From assembly GCA_013416795.1 (NCBI GenBank), contig RQSC01000007.1:178490-242489 (forward strand): a stretch of DNA of 64,000 nt, in the 5' to 3' direction. Positions 32,519-44,348 of this stretch are shown here, in pieces. Source of the stretch: Prasinococcaceae sp. CCMP 1430 (Eukaryota > Plantae > Prasinodermophyta). The position numbers were made by a program, and so were the translations under genes. The stretch's first letter is position 1. Every line of letters starts with the position of its first letter. The notes below the pieces were generated by a model. The model ran no database searches. It was not told the DNA's origin and was given only the letters and a program-made list of their open reading frames with translations.

Positions 32519-33494
32519 TCAGTGGATGACCTTGCGCTCATCGCGATGGTGCAGCAACCTGGCCCCGTCCTTGTCCACGATCTTGTACACAAAGTTCGGC
32601 GGTGCCACCACCAGCCTGTTCCGCACCTGGTCCGCACACATATCCATGAGTCCGACGGCCTCATCAACCGTCATGTCTTCCCTGTAGTGCTTGTCCATGA
32701 GGGACAGGCAGAAGTTCGACGCGAAGCCGTGCGCGCCGAACTTTGTCTTGTGCATCGCTGCGAGGTAGTCGAAGTAATACAGCTCCGGGCCGACGCCCTC
32801 ATCGCATCCGGCCATGAGGATGTTCACCGTGTATGGGCCCTGGTGCGTGAGGTAAGGACAACGGACGAGCGTAGGGCCGGGGGATGGGGGAAGGGGTGGG
32901 TGGGTGGCGCGAGCAGGAGACAGCGCGTCAGCAGCGGATCGCCGAGGCTATCAGATCGCGGAGGCCTGCTTGGATGGCGCGCAGTCTTGCGCCGTGGTGC
33001 GCGTGCGGGACGATCTGTGCACAGAGATCTGTAGTGGCCCTTGGCGCAGGATCTGCCGGCGCGCGCGCACCTTGCGCAGCGCAGTCGCGAGCTCGCCACG
33101 CAGAAAGTTCGCTGAGGCGCGCGTGCTGAGCTTGACTCCGTTGCGGAACTTGTAAAGCGCCATGTTCTTGGCGATGTACTCCGTGAAGTTCGCCCTGCGC
33201 GCCATGCGGCGCCGCCACCGTGTCAGCGCCGGCATGCGCACACCGCTTCGCCCCAGCTGTGCAGCATACCCAGCGCGCGCGCCGCCGCCGCCGCGCCATG
33301 CATCGCCCGTCGGCTCCCTGCCCTCACCTGTCTCCTGTAACCCCCACGCACGCCAGCAGCTTGTTATCGTCCATCACGCTGATCTTGTCCTCATCGGTCT
33401 TCTGCACGATGATCGAGAACGTCTGCGTCTTGTCCGCAGCGAGGATGACAAAGTCCTTGAACTGCGCGCCGAACACGCACTCTGCTTGCGACAT
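32519..33494 (-). CDS. PSMB2: 20S proteasome subunit beta type-2 (beta4)
   Basis: Exons 33494-33328, 33194-33071 and 32839-32519. MSQAECVFG..DFVILAAD..GDRANFTEYIAKNMALYKFRNG..GPYTVNILMAG..LYYFDYLA. Confidence 0.95.
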
Positions 33495-33967
33495 GGCTGT
33501 CGCCGCTGCGCGCCGCGCGCCGCGGGCCTCCCTCCCCCCGGCAGCGCACCCGCCCGCGTCAAGTCTTACGCTCCCTCGCGCCTTCGCTTCGGGGCGTGCG
33601 TCGCTGGCAGCGCGCCGTGTGGTAGCAACCCCACTACCACCTGGTGCGCCCCGCGCGCGCGCGCGCTCACACGCGCGCGCCTGCGCACGGCACGGCGCGG
33701 CGCAAACCCAAACCCACACCATGCACCCGTCATGCCATTTTTGGATCGTTTACATCATCATACATTACGTTACAAACCCTTTTCCCAATGAACCTCTATC
33801 CACACGCAGCACATGATGGCGGCGAATGCGTTGCGCGTACGGTTCTGCCGCGCGCGTTTGAAGCAGATCCCGGCCGCCCGGGGGGTTATGATTAGGGTAG
33901 GGTTAGGCTGGGCTGGTGCTGCATAGTACGAGTCACTCTGTACTGCGGTGGGGCCGCGGCAGTGCCA

Positions 33968-35236
33968 TCAGGGGAGGTTGTACACGCGTTGCAGAGCGGG
34001 GGGCGGGCAGGGCGAACGGCACAGGGGGCACTCGGGCTTGGCGGTGGTCCACTCGGCGATGCACCGCCAGCAGAACATGTGGCCGCACGGCGTCGCGGTC
34101 GGCGCGTCGCGCGCGCCAAGGCACAGAGTGCAGCGCTGGCGCTCGTCGTCGGCGCCAGCGTCTGGCGGGCATTCCGCGGCAGCCCCAGCGGGGGCACATA
34201 ACTGAGCGGGGGTGCCGTCCGCCTCAAGGACGGCCACGTTGCGAGGGGCGGGTCCCACGCCTGGGCGCCGCGGTGCGCCCTTTGGCCCTCTGCCCCCAGC
34301 CCCGCTGCCGGTGGCGTCGCCAGAAACACCGAGTCCCGAGCGCAGGTTGCTCCACAGGGTTGGAAAGGAGGTCACCGAGAGCTGCAAAAGCAGCATGACG
34401 CCAAGCACACCGTAATGCGGCCGTGCGATGCCCTCGCGGCCAATGAAGACGTATCTCACGCCCGCCGCTCGATGCGATATGTGGTAGAACGTCCCGAAGA
34501 AGTAGAAAAGCGAGAGGTGCATGCGCAGCGCATGCGCGCTCGCTTCGTCCAGCGCGGGAAGCGCGCGGCCCACGCGCAGGACGAAGCGGGCCAGCGCTAC
34601 GCGGGCTCGCGCCATGGTGGCGCTCCCGCTCGCTGTGCGCGCGCCATCCACGCCGTCCGCACCCACGCCCGCCCCGGCGCTGCCGCCCTCGCCGCCGCTC
34701 TCGTCATCCTCTGCTTCCGCGGCGGCGACGGCCGAGCTGCGTAGCCTCTGCACGAGATATGGTACCATGGCCTGCAGTGACACCAGCATCGCGCGGCGCA
34801 ATCGCGAGGGGGGCGCACCGTCGCGGTCGGCAACCATGAGCACGTCGCTGTACTCCTCGCCAAGCGTCTGACCGCCCGCGCCAGTCGTGAGCGCGAAGTA
34901 CGCGAGGGATGCGGCGAGTTGCAGCTCGGGCGCGTGACGCATCGCCGCTCGCGCGCCGAAGACAGCTCGCGCCGCGTCGGTCAGCGCAGACCCCAGCTGT
35001 GCCTCGTAGTATGCGTCTTTCTGCGCCGCGCGCAGCACGTCAGGCTGCTGCGCTGCCGGCAGCGACGGCCACGCGCCCGCCGGGGCACCGCCGCCCTCGC
35101 CGCCGCCGCCGTCCTCCTCCTCCTTCTCCTCCTCTTCTTCGTCTGACGTCGCCGCTGTACTTGCCACGCCACTCTCACGCCGCCCCCTCCACACACCGCG
35201 CCCCCGCAGCGCAGTCGCGTGCGTGCCGCGGCGCAC
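33968..35236 (-). CDS. PEX10: peroxisomal RING E3 ligase PEX10 (start codon unresolved)
   Basis: AAQQPDVLRAAQKD, GQTLGEEYSD, HLSLFYFFGTFYHISHRAAGVRY, and C3HC4 RING CTLCL..PCGHMFCWRCI..CPLCR. No in-frame ATG near the 5' end, so an upstream exon is likely. Confidence 0.9.
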   Translation of the reverse strand: MRRGTHATALRGRGVWRGRRESGVASTAATSDEEEEEKEEEDGGGGEGGGAPAGAWPSLPAAQQPDVLRAAQKDAYYEAQLGSALTDAARAVFGARAAMRHAPELQLAASLAYFALTTGAGGQTLGEEYSDVLMVADRDGAPPSRLRRAMLVSLQAMVPYLVQRLRSSAVAAAEAEDDESGGEGGSAGAGVGADGVDGARTASGSATMARARVALARFVLRVGRALPALDEASAHALRMHLSLFYFFGTFYHISHRAAGVRYVFIGREGIARPHYGVLGVMLLLQLSVTSFPTLWSNLRSGLGVSGDATGSGAGGRGPKGAPRRPGVGPAPRNVAVLEADGTPAQLCAPAGAAAECPPDAGADDERQRCTLCLGARDAPTATPCGHMFCWRCIAEWTTAKPECPLCRSPCPPPALQRVYNLP

Positions 35237-35992
35237 GGCAGCGCGCTGCTCGCCTCACTCGGCGCGCCAGACCCGACCCGGGCTCCCGCTCCGACCCTCC
35301 CTCGCCCGCGCCCGCGCCCCCGCCGCGCGCACACGCGTTTTGATGGCGATCATCCAGCCCCTGAACAAACGGGAGCCTCTCTCACCGCGCGGAGTGCTCG
35401 TGCGTAGCTGTTATGATGACGTTGCGGTGTGGGTTCGTTTGTCGTTTGAGTTCGCCGCGCGCGCCATCAAACTGCATCAAATCGCCTCCCCCTCGCTTCC
35501 TTCCGCTCCCCCACTACCCGGTGGCGCGCGGCAGCGCGCGCGCGCGCGCGCGCGAAACGCAGACGCGAACGCGAACGATTGCCGAGTTCGCGGAAGCCCT
35601 CCGCGAAAGGGGACGGCGGGGCGCGCGGGCGAGAGGGGCGCGTGGCAACGGGCGCGCGGAAACGCGCGGAGTCGGCGCGAGCGAAAACTGGGCGGAAAAA
35701 AACGCGCGCCGCCGCCGTGCGCTCGCAAGAGTCTCTCTCGCTCGCTCGTGCTCGTGCTCGTGCGCGCGCGTGCCGAGGGCTGCCGCGGGGGCAGGCCGGG
35801 CGAGCGGGTGCGCGGGGCACATCAAGGGATGCCGCCAGGAGGTGCGTTGCAGCGCGCGCGCCGCGCTGCTGCGCGCGTGCGACGGCGCTGCGCGAGGCGC
35901 GAGCGTGGCGCGCGGCTGTTGGCGTTTCGCTCGTCGAAGCCGCGGGCTGGGGGCCTGTCAAAAAAAAAAAAAAAACGACGCGCGCGCGCGAG

Positions 35993-38900
35993 ATGGGTGC
36001 GGATGGGGGGGGAGTGGCACGAGGGTTGGTGACAACGCACTGTGCGCGACGGCCTTGCAATTGCCGTCAGGTCGGTGGACTCGCTGGCCGATGCCGATCT
36101 CGATGGGGACATCAGCGCCCGGGAGGGCGCCCGAAGATCCCTACACAAGCCCCCATCGCGCGCGCGCGCCACGCTCGTTTTCTTTTTGCTTTTTCAAACG
36201 GACTGCTGCGTGGTGGTCTGGCCCGGCGCCTGCGCCGGATGGTGCCTGCCAGAGCCTTCCTGCCCGCTGGGGCGCGCGCCGCGGCACTCACGCTGCGTGG
36301 CCCAGCCAAGCTTGGAGGCCAAAGGCGCGGCTGAGAAAAGGAGTGGGAGCGGCTCGCGCTCAATGATGTGTTTGCGTGCGCTGACCCTCTCGCGCAATCA
36401 CGGCACGGCGTGCGTGCACTTGACGGTGCGTTAACGCGTATGCAGCCCCTCCGCCAGGAGGACCGCCGCGCGGCCCACCTCCTGGCGCCCCCACTATGGG
36501 CGGTCCTCCGCCGGGCGCTCCGCCGATGGGCGGCCCTCCGCGCGGTCCGCCGCCGCCGGGCGGCCCGCCACCAGGCGGCCCGCCTCGCGGCCCTCCACCG
36601 GGTGGGCCCCCGCGGGGCGGACCACCCCCTGCGGGTATGCCTGTGGGTGTGCCGCCGCCCGCCCGCGGGGCGCCACCTGCAGGTTTTCCGCCTCCACCGA
36701 CGCAGCAGCAAACGCCGCCCCCAGCAGGTCCAGCAGGGCCGCCTGCAGGGTTTCCACCCGCGCCGATGCAGCAGCAGCAGGCGCCTCCGCCGGGGCCACC
36801 TGCAGGCTTCCCGCCTCCGCCGCAGCAGCAGACGCCACCACCACCTAATGCAGCCCCGGGTGCGCGGCCCGCGGGCTTCCCCCCCCCGCCTGGCGCCGCG
36901 GCCGCGCCGGGGCCACCCCCGCCGCAAAACTTTGTGCTGGCACAAGCCAAGCCGCTGCCGCAGCCAAAGGCGCCCCCGCCGATGACTGCCGCGCCCCCTC
37001 CGGCTGCGGCGCAGCAGAAGCAGCAGGCTACCTCAGCGCAGCAAGTGACGATGGGTGCCCCACCCCAGCCTGCGGAGATCCAGTACACACAGAGCGGGCC
37101 CGCGAGGGGCGCACCGCAGGCCTCGCGACGTGCGTACCACGATCCCGGTTCTGGCGGCATGGCAGCTGGGCACGTGCCCCCCATGCAGCCGGGCGCTCAG
37201 GCGCCCATGATGGGAGCGCCGCCGGGCGGCGCGGCGCCTGGCGTACATGCCGGCGCGCCGCAGGCTCCTGGCGCGTACGCTGGGGGTTACGGCGGCGCGG
37301 ATGTGGCCGCGCAGGCGGCGGCGCTGGCCGAGCAGATGCAGTCGCTCGAGATGGGCACACCCACGCCTGGTGGTGCTGCCCAGGGCGTGGACATGACCAC
37401 GTTCCCGCGTCCGGCGGGCCTGAGCGTCCCGCCCGCGCCGCAGCAGCCGAACGCGCCACCCGCTTTTCTCCGCCTGACCACCAATGCTATACCCAACTCG
37501 GCGCATCTCGCGCAGCGCTTCGGCGTGCCTCTTGGGGCTATTATCACGCCGTTGTCGACCGCCGAGCACGCGCCAGTGGCACGATTCGGCGAGAGCGGCA
37601 TCGTGCGCTGCCGCAAGTGCCGCACGTACATCAACCCGTTTGTGCAGTTCCAAGACGGCGGCCGCCGCTTCCGCTGCAACGTTTGCAGCTACGTCAACGA
37701 CGTCCCCCCTGATTACATGTGCCCACTGGATGCGAATGGGCAGCGGGTGGACCTCGCCCAGCGGCCCGAGCTGACGCACGGCACCGTTGAGTACGAGGCA
37801 AGCGCCGAGTACATGGTCCGGGCGCCCATGCCGCCGTCGTACTTCTTCGCCCTCGACGTGTCGGCATCGGCTGTGCAAAGTGGCTTGCTGGCGACGGCCG
37901 TGAATGCGATCAAGGGCACTCTCGACTCGCTGCCCAACGACGGACGCACGCAGGTGGGCTTTATGACGTTTGACTCGACCATTCATTTGTACCGCCTGGG
38001 CGCTGGCAAGACAACGCCGCAAATGATGGTGCTTGCCGACTTGGCTGAGCCCTTCCTGCCCGTGCCCGACGAACTCCTCGCCAACCTGGTGGAGAGCCGT
38101 GCCGCAATCGATACTCTGCTTGATTCGCTTGCCTCGATGCACGCCGCGACCACCACGCAAGACTCGTGTCTCGGTCCGGCGCTGCAGACGGCGTTCATGG
38201 TTATGCAGCACTGCGGTGGCAAGCTCATGGTCTTTCAGAGCTCAATGCCCAACCTGGGCGAGGGGAAGCTACGCGTGCGGGAGGACCCCAGGCTGTACGG
38301 CTCGGAAAAGGAGGCGACACTCCGGCAGCCCGGCAGCCCGTTCTACAAAAAGCTGGCTGCTGAGTGCAGCCGTGTGCAGATTTCTGTGGACCAGTTCCTC
38401 GCGCCGCAGGGTCCCATTGACGCGTTCTCGTTGTCCGCGCTGAGCAGGTATACCTGCGGCAGCATGTACGTGTACCCTCGCTTCCACGCCTCGCGCGACG
38501 GCGAGCGCATGCACAACGAGATCCAGCGCAACCTCACGCGCCAGGCCGGTTGGGAAGCGGTCATGCGTGTGCGCTGCTCGAAGGGCCTGCGCATTAGCGC
38601 GTTTCACGGCAACTTCTTCATCCGCAGTTCGGACCTGCTGGCTCTGCCGTGCGTGTCGCCCGACCAGTCGTTCGCTGTGCAGATCTCGCACGAGGAGGGG
38701 CCGCTGCAGGGCTCGGTTGCGTACACGCAGTGCGCGTTGCTCTTCACCACCTCGGCTGGAGAGCGCCGCATCCGCGTGTCGACCCTGGCCACGCCGGTGG
38801 TGTCAGATCTCGGCGAGATGTACCGCGCTGCCGACGGAGATGCCTGCTCTGCGATGATGGCCCGGCTCGCAAGCGAAGCGGCGATGTCCGGCAAGCTCGA

Positions 38901-39594
38901 CGACGCGCGCAACATGGCGCAGAACCGCGTGCTTGCGTGTCTGCGGGAGTACCGTCATCTGTACCCCACACAGTATCGTGCGCCCAACAAGCTCATGTAC
39001 CCTGAACCGCTGCGGTTGCTCGCGCTCTTCGCGCTGGCCACGGCGAAGAGCGACGCCCTGCGTGGCGGCGGCAGTGATGTGGACTCGGACGTGCGCGCGG
39101 AGGCCATTTTCAACGCCAGCGCGCTGCCGGTCGAGCATGCGCTGCAGTCGCTGTACCCCACCATCTACGCGCTGCACGCTGACTCGGGAGGCGACGAGAA
39201 CACGCTGCCCCCAGTGGCGCCAGCATGCACCGAGCTCATCGATCAGCGCGGCGTGTATCTGATGGACAACGGCAGGGTGCTGTGCCTGTGGATCGGTGGC
39301 GTCGCGCCCGCCGAGCTCGTCGGCGAGCTATTCGGCGTCGACGCGAGCCAGCCGCTGGACGTCTCCACTCTGCGTCTGGAGAACGGCAAGGGCCCCGCCG
39401 CCAAGCGTGCGCAGAAGGTGGTGGCCGCCCTTCGCGGCGGCAAGCAGCACTGGCAGCCGCTCTTCGTGGCTCGGCAAGGGGATCCCTCCGAGGCCTTCTT
39501 CCAGTCCAAGCTCGTGGAGGATCGATCGATGGGCGCCATGTCCTACTCGGACCTCCTCTGTGCCTATCACCGCCAAGCGCAGTCCCTCGGGTAA
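35993..39594 (+). CDS. SEC24: COPII cargo adaptor SEC24
   Basis: Pro-rich N-terminus, zinc finger RCRKCRTYINPF..FRCNVC, YFFALDVS, VGFMTFDS, GWEAVMRVRCSKGL, QCALLFT, and gelsolin domain. Main exon 36446-39594; a 4-nt first coding exon (35993-35996) is inferred. Confidence 0.95.
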
Positions 39595-40097
39595 AAGGGT
39601 CATACATTTCAGCCACTGGTGAAGGCATCCCTTTCCCCATCTCAATGACTCAAACCTTGCCCGCGGGCGCTGGCCACACAGCGCGCGCGTGCGGGCGCGC
39701 GGCACGGCGCAGAGCGCGACGCGCGGCGCCCCCCCTTGCGCCAGCCATGGAGGAGGTTCGCCGCGGCGCGCCCGCGATCTGGCTCACCATCGAGGGGACG
39801 CGCTCCGCGGCGCTCGGGGGTCAGAATACGTAGAACTACGGGCAGCGCGGAAAAACCTTTTTTTTTTTTTCACACTTTCCGGATCCGCAGCGCGGGCCAG
39901 CCCGGCTCGTATGCACATGCGCATCCACAGCAGGGGGCGGCCAGTGCGCTGGGGCGGCGCCACACCGCCGCGGCGCTCCGCTGGGGCATACCCCTCCCCC
40001 CCCCCCTCCCCATTACGGAGGGGTTGTGGGGGTACGTCGACTGGGGAGTCTTTGGTGGGAAGGGCGCGCGGGTGCGCCACCCCAGGCGCGCGCCGAC

Positions 40098-42512
40098 ATG
40101 CTGCGGCACTCGAGGCGGCGGCTGTCTCGCGCGCTGTCGCGAGCTGCTGCAGCACGATGCGCGAGTGCCTCGGCGTCCGGGGGCTCGCGCGGACTCGTTG
40201 AGGAGGCGGTCCTCCCCGGGGGCTCGGTCGTCGCATTCGAGAGCGGTGAGCTCGCACGGCTTGCCGATGGCGCAGCGCTCGTCCGCCACGGCGACAATGC
40301 GGTGCTCGCGACGGTGGTGTCCTCTGCGCCCTCGTTTGAGGATGCGGCGACGTCTGATGGCTTTCTGCCGCTGCAGGTCGAGTACAAGGAGAAGGCCTTT
40401 GCGAGCGGCCGAATACCCGCGACCTTTACGCGCCGGGAAGGCGCCCCTCGCGACCGTGAAGTGCTCGCATGCCGAGTCATCGACCGCGCGTTGCGACCGC
40501 GCTTCCCGAAAGGGTTCGCCTACGAGACACAGCTGCTTGCGAGCCTCCTCTCGGCCGACGGCAATCGCCACGCGGACGTGGCGGCCATCAACGCTGCAGC
40601 TGCCGCGGTCGCACTCTCTGACGTGCCATTTGATGCACCCGTCGCAGCGGTGCGCGTCGGCGCGACGGCGGCGGGCGAGCTGGTCGTAGACCCAGACGCG
40701 GACACGCTGCGCGACGAGTGCGCGCTGGAGCTGCTGTACGCGCGCGCGGAAGGCGACCGCGCGCTCATGGTCGAGGCCGCGGCCCGGCCTGGCGTGTCCG
40801 AGGCTGTGTTCGCGGCCGCGCTGCGGCTCGCGCACGATGCTGCAGCGCCATTGCTCGACGCGCAGCGCCGGCTCATGGCGGCCGCGTCCAGGGCAAAACG
40901 CACGGTCAAGCTGATGCGGCCTTCGCCAGCGGTCAGCGATGCGCTGTTGGCCGCGGGCGGAGCAGAGGCCGTGCGCGCGGCGCTGTTCGATCCGTCCGTC
41001 GACAAGGCCGCGCGCGCGGCACGACTTGAGGCAGCCAAGGCGCGCGTGGCGTCTACAGCCGGCATGAAGGACGAGGAGGGCATCGAGATGGCGCTTGAGA
41101 AACTCGCGGCGTCAGCGGTGCGCGAGGGGGCGCTGGAACATGGCGAGCGCGTTGACGGCCGTGCGCTGCACGAGCTGCGCCCGCTACGCTGCATGGTGGG
41201 TTTGCTCCCTGGCACGCACGGCGATGCGCTCTTCTCGCGCGGTGATACGCAGGCACTTACGGCTGTCACTGTCGGCGGGCTTGCGGACGCCGCCGAGCAG
41301 GACCACCCCGTGCGCAGCGTGCCTCCCAAGGCCTTCTACGTGCACTACTCCATGCCGCCCTTCGCCACCAACGAAGTGGGCAAGGTCGGCGGTGTCGGGC
41401 GACGTGAGGTTGGCCACGGAGCGCTCGCCGAGAAGGCGCTCGCGGCGGTCGCTCCAGACGAGCGCGACTTCCCCTTCGCCGTGCGCGTCTCCTCGGAGGT
41501 GCTCGGCTCCAATGGGTCAAGCTCCATGGCGACGGTGTGCGGCGGCTCGCTCGCCCTCATGGACGCTGGCGTGCCTGTGCGTGAGCACGTCGCGGGCATC
41601 AGCGTTGGGCTCGTAATGGACCTCGAGCAGCTGGAGGCAAGCCCAAACGATACGCCCAGGTACGCCCTGCTAACGGATATCCAGGGGCTCGAGGACGGGC
41701 TGGGCGACATGGACTTCAAGATCTGTGGCACTCGCTCGGGCATCACCGCGGTGCAGCTTGACATCAAGCCCAGCGGCGTGCCAGTGGGGGTGCTTGAGTC
41801 AGCGCTGCAACCCGCACTGGAGGCGCGACACAAGATCCTGGACGCTATGGAGGCCACGATTTCTGCGCCGCGCGAGAGCGTGGGTGACAACGCGCCGCGT
41901 GTGGAAACAATCGATCTCATGGCCGATCTCGTTGGGAAGCTCGTCGGGCTGCAGGGGGTTGGCATGCGCGACATTGAGTCGCGCAGCGGCTCCAAGCTGA
42001 CGGTCGAGCACAGCGAGGATGGCGAGCGTGCCAAGGTATCCATCTTCGCGCCTGATGCGAAGAGCATGGCTCTCGCACGCGCCCTGGTGGGCGAGGCCAT
42101 CTCCGGGGACGTTCCCGTCGGCAAGGTGCTGCGCGCGCGCGTGCTTCGTCTCGAAGAGTATGGCGCAATCCTCGAGCTCTTCCCATCCAAGCGGCAGGGG
42201 TTGCTGCACGTGGCGGAAATCTCGCACGAGGGCGTCGGCCGCGCGGGCGACGTGCTGAGCGTCGGGCAGGAGATAAAGGTGCAGGTGCTGGACGTAGACA
42301 TCCGGGGCAATGTCAAGCTCTCGCGCAAGAGGCTCCTCCCGCAGAGCAAGGCGCCCGCGGAGGCGGCCAAGGGCTTCGGTCCACCGCCGCAGACGATGTC
42401 GGCAGCAAGCGCGGCCAAAAGCACCACAGAAAGGGGCGTTGGTGGCAAGGGCGGCAAGGGCAGTGGCAGACAACAACGGCCTAGGCATGGGCGCATGAAG
42501 CGCGACAGCTAA
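40098..42512 (+). CDS. PNP: polyribonucleotide nucleotidyltransferase (PNPase), mitochondrial-type
   Basis: R/S/A-rich presequence, FLPLQVEYKEK, GRIPATFTRREG, RVIDRALRP, RVDGRALHELRP, GRREVGHG, SNGSSSMATVCGG, GDMDFKICG, then KH and S1 domains. Confidence 0.93.
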   Translation: MLRHSRRRLSRALSRAAAARCASASASGGSRGLVEEAVLPGGSVVAFESGELARLADGAALVRHGDNAVLATVVSSAPSFEDAATSDGFLPLQVEYKEKAFASGRIPATFTRREGAPRDREVLACRVIDRALRPRFPKGFAYETQLLASLLSADGNRHADVAAINAAAAAVALSDVPFDAPVAAVRVGATAAGELVVDPDADTLRDECALELLYARAEGDRALMVEAAARPGVSEAVFAAALRLAHDAAAPLLDAQRRLMAAASRAKRTVKLMRPSPAVSDALLAAGGAEAVRAALFDPSVDKAARAARLEAAKARVASTAGMKDEEGIEMALEKLAASAVREGALEHGERVDGRALHELRPLRCMVGLLPGTHGDALFSRGDTQALTAVTVGGLADAAEQDHPVRSVPPKAFYVHYSMPPFATNEVGKVGGVGRREVGHGALAEKALAAVAPDERDFPFAVRVSSEVLGSNGSSSMATVCGGSLALMDAGVPVREHVAGISVGLVMDLEQLEASPNDTPRYALLTDIQGLEDGLGDMDFKICGTRSGITAVQLDIKPSGVPVGVLESALQPALEARHKILDAMEATISAPRESVGDNAPRVETIDLMADLVGKLVGLQGVGMRDIESRSGSKLTVEHSEDGERAKVSIFAPDAKSMALARALVGEAISGDVPVGKVLRARVLRLEEYGAILELFPSKRQGLLHVAEISHEGVGRAGDVLSVGQEIKVQVLDVDIRGNVKLSRKRLLPQSKAPAEAAKGFGPPPQTMSAASAAKSTTERGVGGKGGKGSGRQQRPRHGRMKRDS

Positions 42513-42618
42513 TCAACTAATGGAACCTCCGTACACTCGCATGCGTCCTTTGTTTGCATGCTGTTAGGTTCGGCACTCGAGAGAATATTATCGAGTGTCG
42601 ATAGTGGGTGGTGTCGCC

Positions 42619-44063
42619 TCAGATTGGACGGAGGCGGACGGTCCGGTGTCCGTTGAGCCCTCCATTGGCATTTGTGTGATTGAACATCTCCGCGATGTAA
42701 ACGGCCGTGGCGGCTTCGATGCCATACGAATGCGCGCCCGTCGAGTGCCTGTGGTCATGGTCCCAGTAGTGGCCTGGCACATTCACCTGTTGGATGTTGC
42801 CCCAGCCATAGAGGGTGGTATGCCTGCAGAGGCCACCGATGGTGGCAAGCATGATGCCACAGGTGCCCATGGACGGCCGCCGGCAGCGAATGTTTTCAAC
42901 CGAGTGCATGCGTGCCCAGCCTCGGCAGATCTTTGCGTACGGCTCCTGGTACATCTCCTTCCACGCAATCTCCTCTACGAGCGTCGCGTGGTCGCACGCG
43001 CCCGCGTGCTTTCCCAGCTCCTCGCGCACCCCGGCGCCGATGCTTCGCCACTCGTCCCGAATGAAGCCGTACAGGAGGTGGAGCTGCTTGTGCTGCGCGC
43101 ACCTTGGCCCCCATGCGTCGACATCACGCGCGACCACATCATTGACCAGCAGGACATCGGTGCGCGAACCGACCTGGCGTTCAAAGCCCTCGGTTGGGGC
43201 GAGGTTAAAGCGCATTATGGCGTCGTAGCTGTCAATCTCAGCGCCGAGCTCCACATTGGCGAGCGACGGGGAGGAGCCCACGACCGCACAGCGCTCATAC
43301 TCGGGTTCACCGCGCGGCGCGAAAAGGCCATCCGCCCGGTTGTTCACTAGGGCGCCCTGAGCGACGTCCTCGTCGCGCACGGGCAGCGCCTTTGCTGCGC
43401 TGAAGAAGCATGGCACTCGACCGCTCGGGCCACACTCCTGTATCCTCCTGTGGGTTGGCACGGCGCGTACAGCAGCAGCAAGTCAGCTTTCGTTCGAACA
43501 GAAGACGCATGCTCGCGGCCAGTACGCTCGGGTGGTTGGAAAAGTAGGCGAGCGGGTGGTAAGGCGCGTGCGCGGGCGCACGTTTGGCAGAAGGCGGGGC
43601 TATGCCGCAAAGCGCGCATCACGCACTTGTGGTTCTTCGCGAGCCAGCCCTTGCAGCAGTGGTTTTCCTGTCTGCGAGTCCCCTTAGGCACGTACGAGAT
43701 TTTGGTCCCCAAGTCGGCGCAAGTGGGCCCACCGCAGCTCGAGCATAGGTCGGCGTCGCAGCAGAAGCCGAGGGCGGAGAAGTTTGCGCCGCTGCCACTG
43801 TACACTCCGTGGGGCGGACACGGCCCGCGCTCGCCTCGATTTGCTCGGAAGAGTGGATGCAATCCATCCCCCACGAGGTCAACGCCGGCCACCAGCCGCG
43901 TCACTTCCGCCTCCTCGCGCAGCGCTCGTGCCGTTCGTCCATCGCCACGCAGCGCTTGTGCTACTCGCGCCGGCGCACTGGCGGGTGCCTCTGCAAGCGC
44001 CGGCGCACCCAGCGCGAGCGCAGACGCCAGCATCGCAGCTGCTGCGGCCCATGCGCGCAGCAT
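42619..44063 (-). CDS. GT29 sialyltransferase-like glycosyltransferase
   Basis: Exons 44063-43582 and 43447-42619. N-terminal signal/anchor; sialylmotif L CAVVGSSPSL..EIDSYDAIMRFNLAPTEGFERQVGSRT; motif S PSMGTCGIM..CRHTTLYGW; motif III HYWD; VS HSYGIE. Confidence 0.88.
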
Positions 44064-44348
44064 ACCCGCCTCTTATCCCCCCCACCACACCGCACCCCAC
44101 CCCACCAACCCACCCCTTCCCTCCCCTCACCCGCCCTCCTCCGCAACCGGCCCTGGACCCCCAATCCGCGCACTCGCCCGCCCGTGAGCTCGCTGCGTGT
44201 TGTGTGGCGTCCACCCTCACCCTGGCGCCCTCAAGACGCCCCTCATGCGACGTAATTCGAACAATCCCGCCCCGGCCAACCAGACCTCGCGCGCGTGGCG
44301 CTGCGCTGCGAGTGCGCAGCGCCGCGCTTCGTGTGCAGCGGCGCCCCG

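Noticed and set aside
36360-37184. Gly-rich, collagen- or GRP-like minus-strand ORF
   Set aside because: Antisense of the Pro-rich SEC24 N-terminus.
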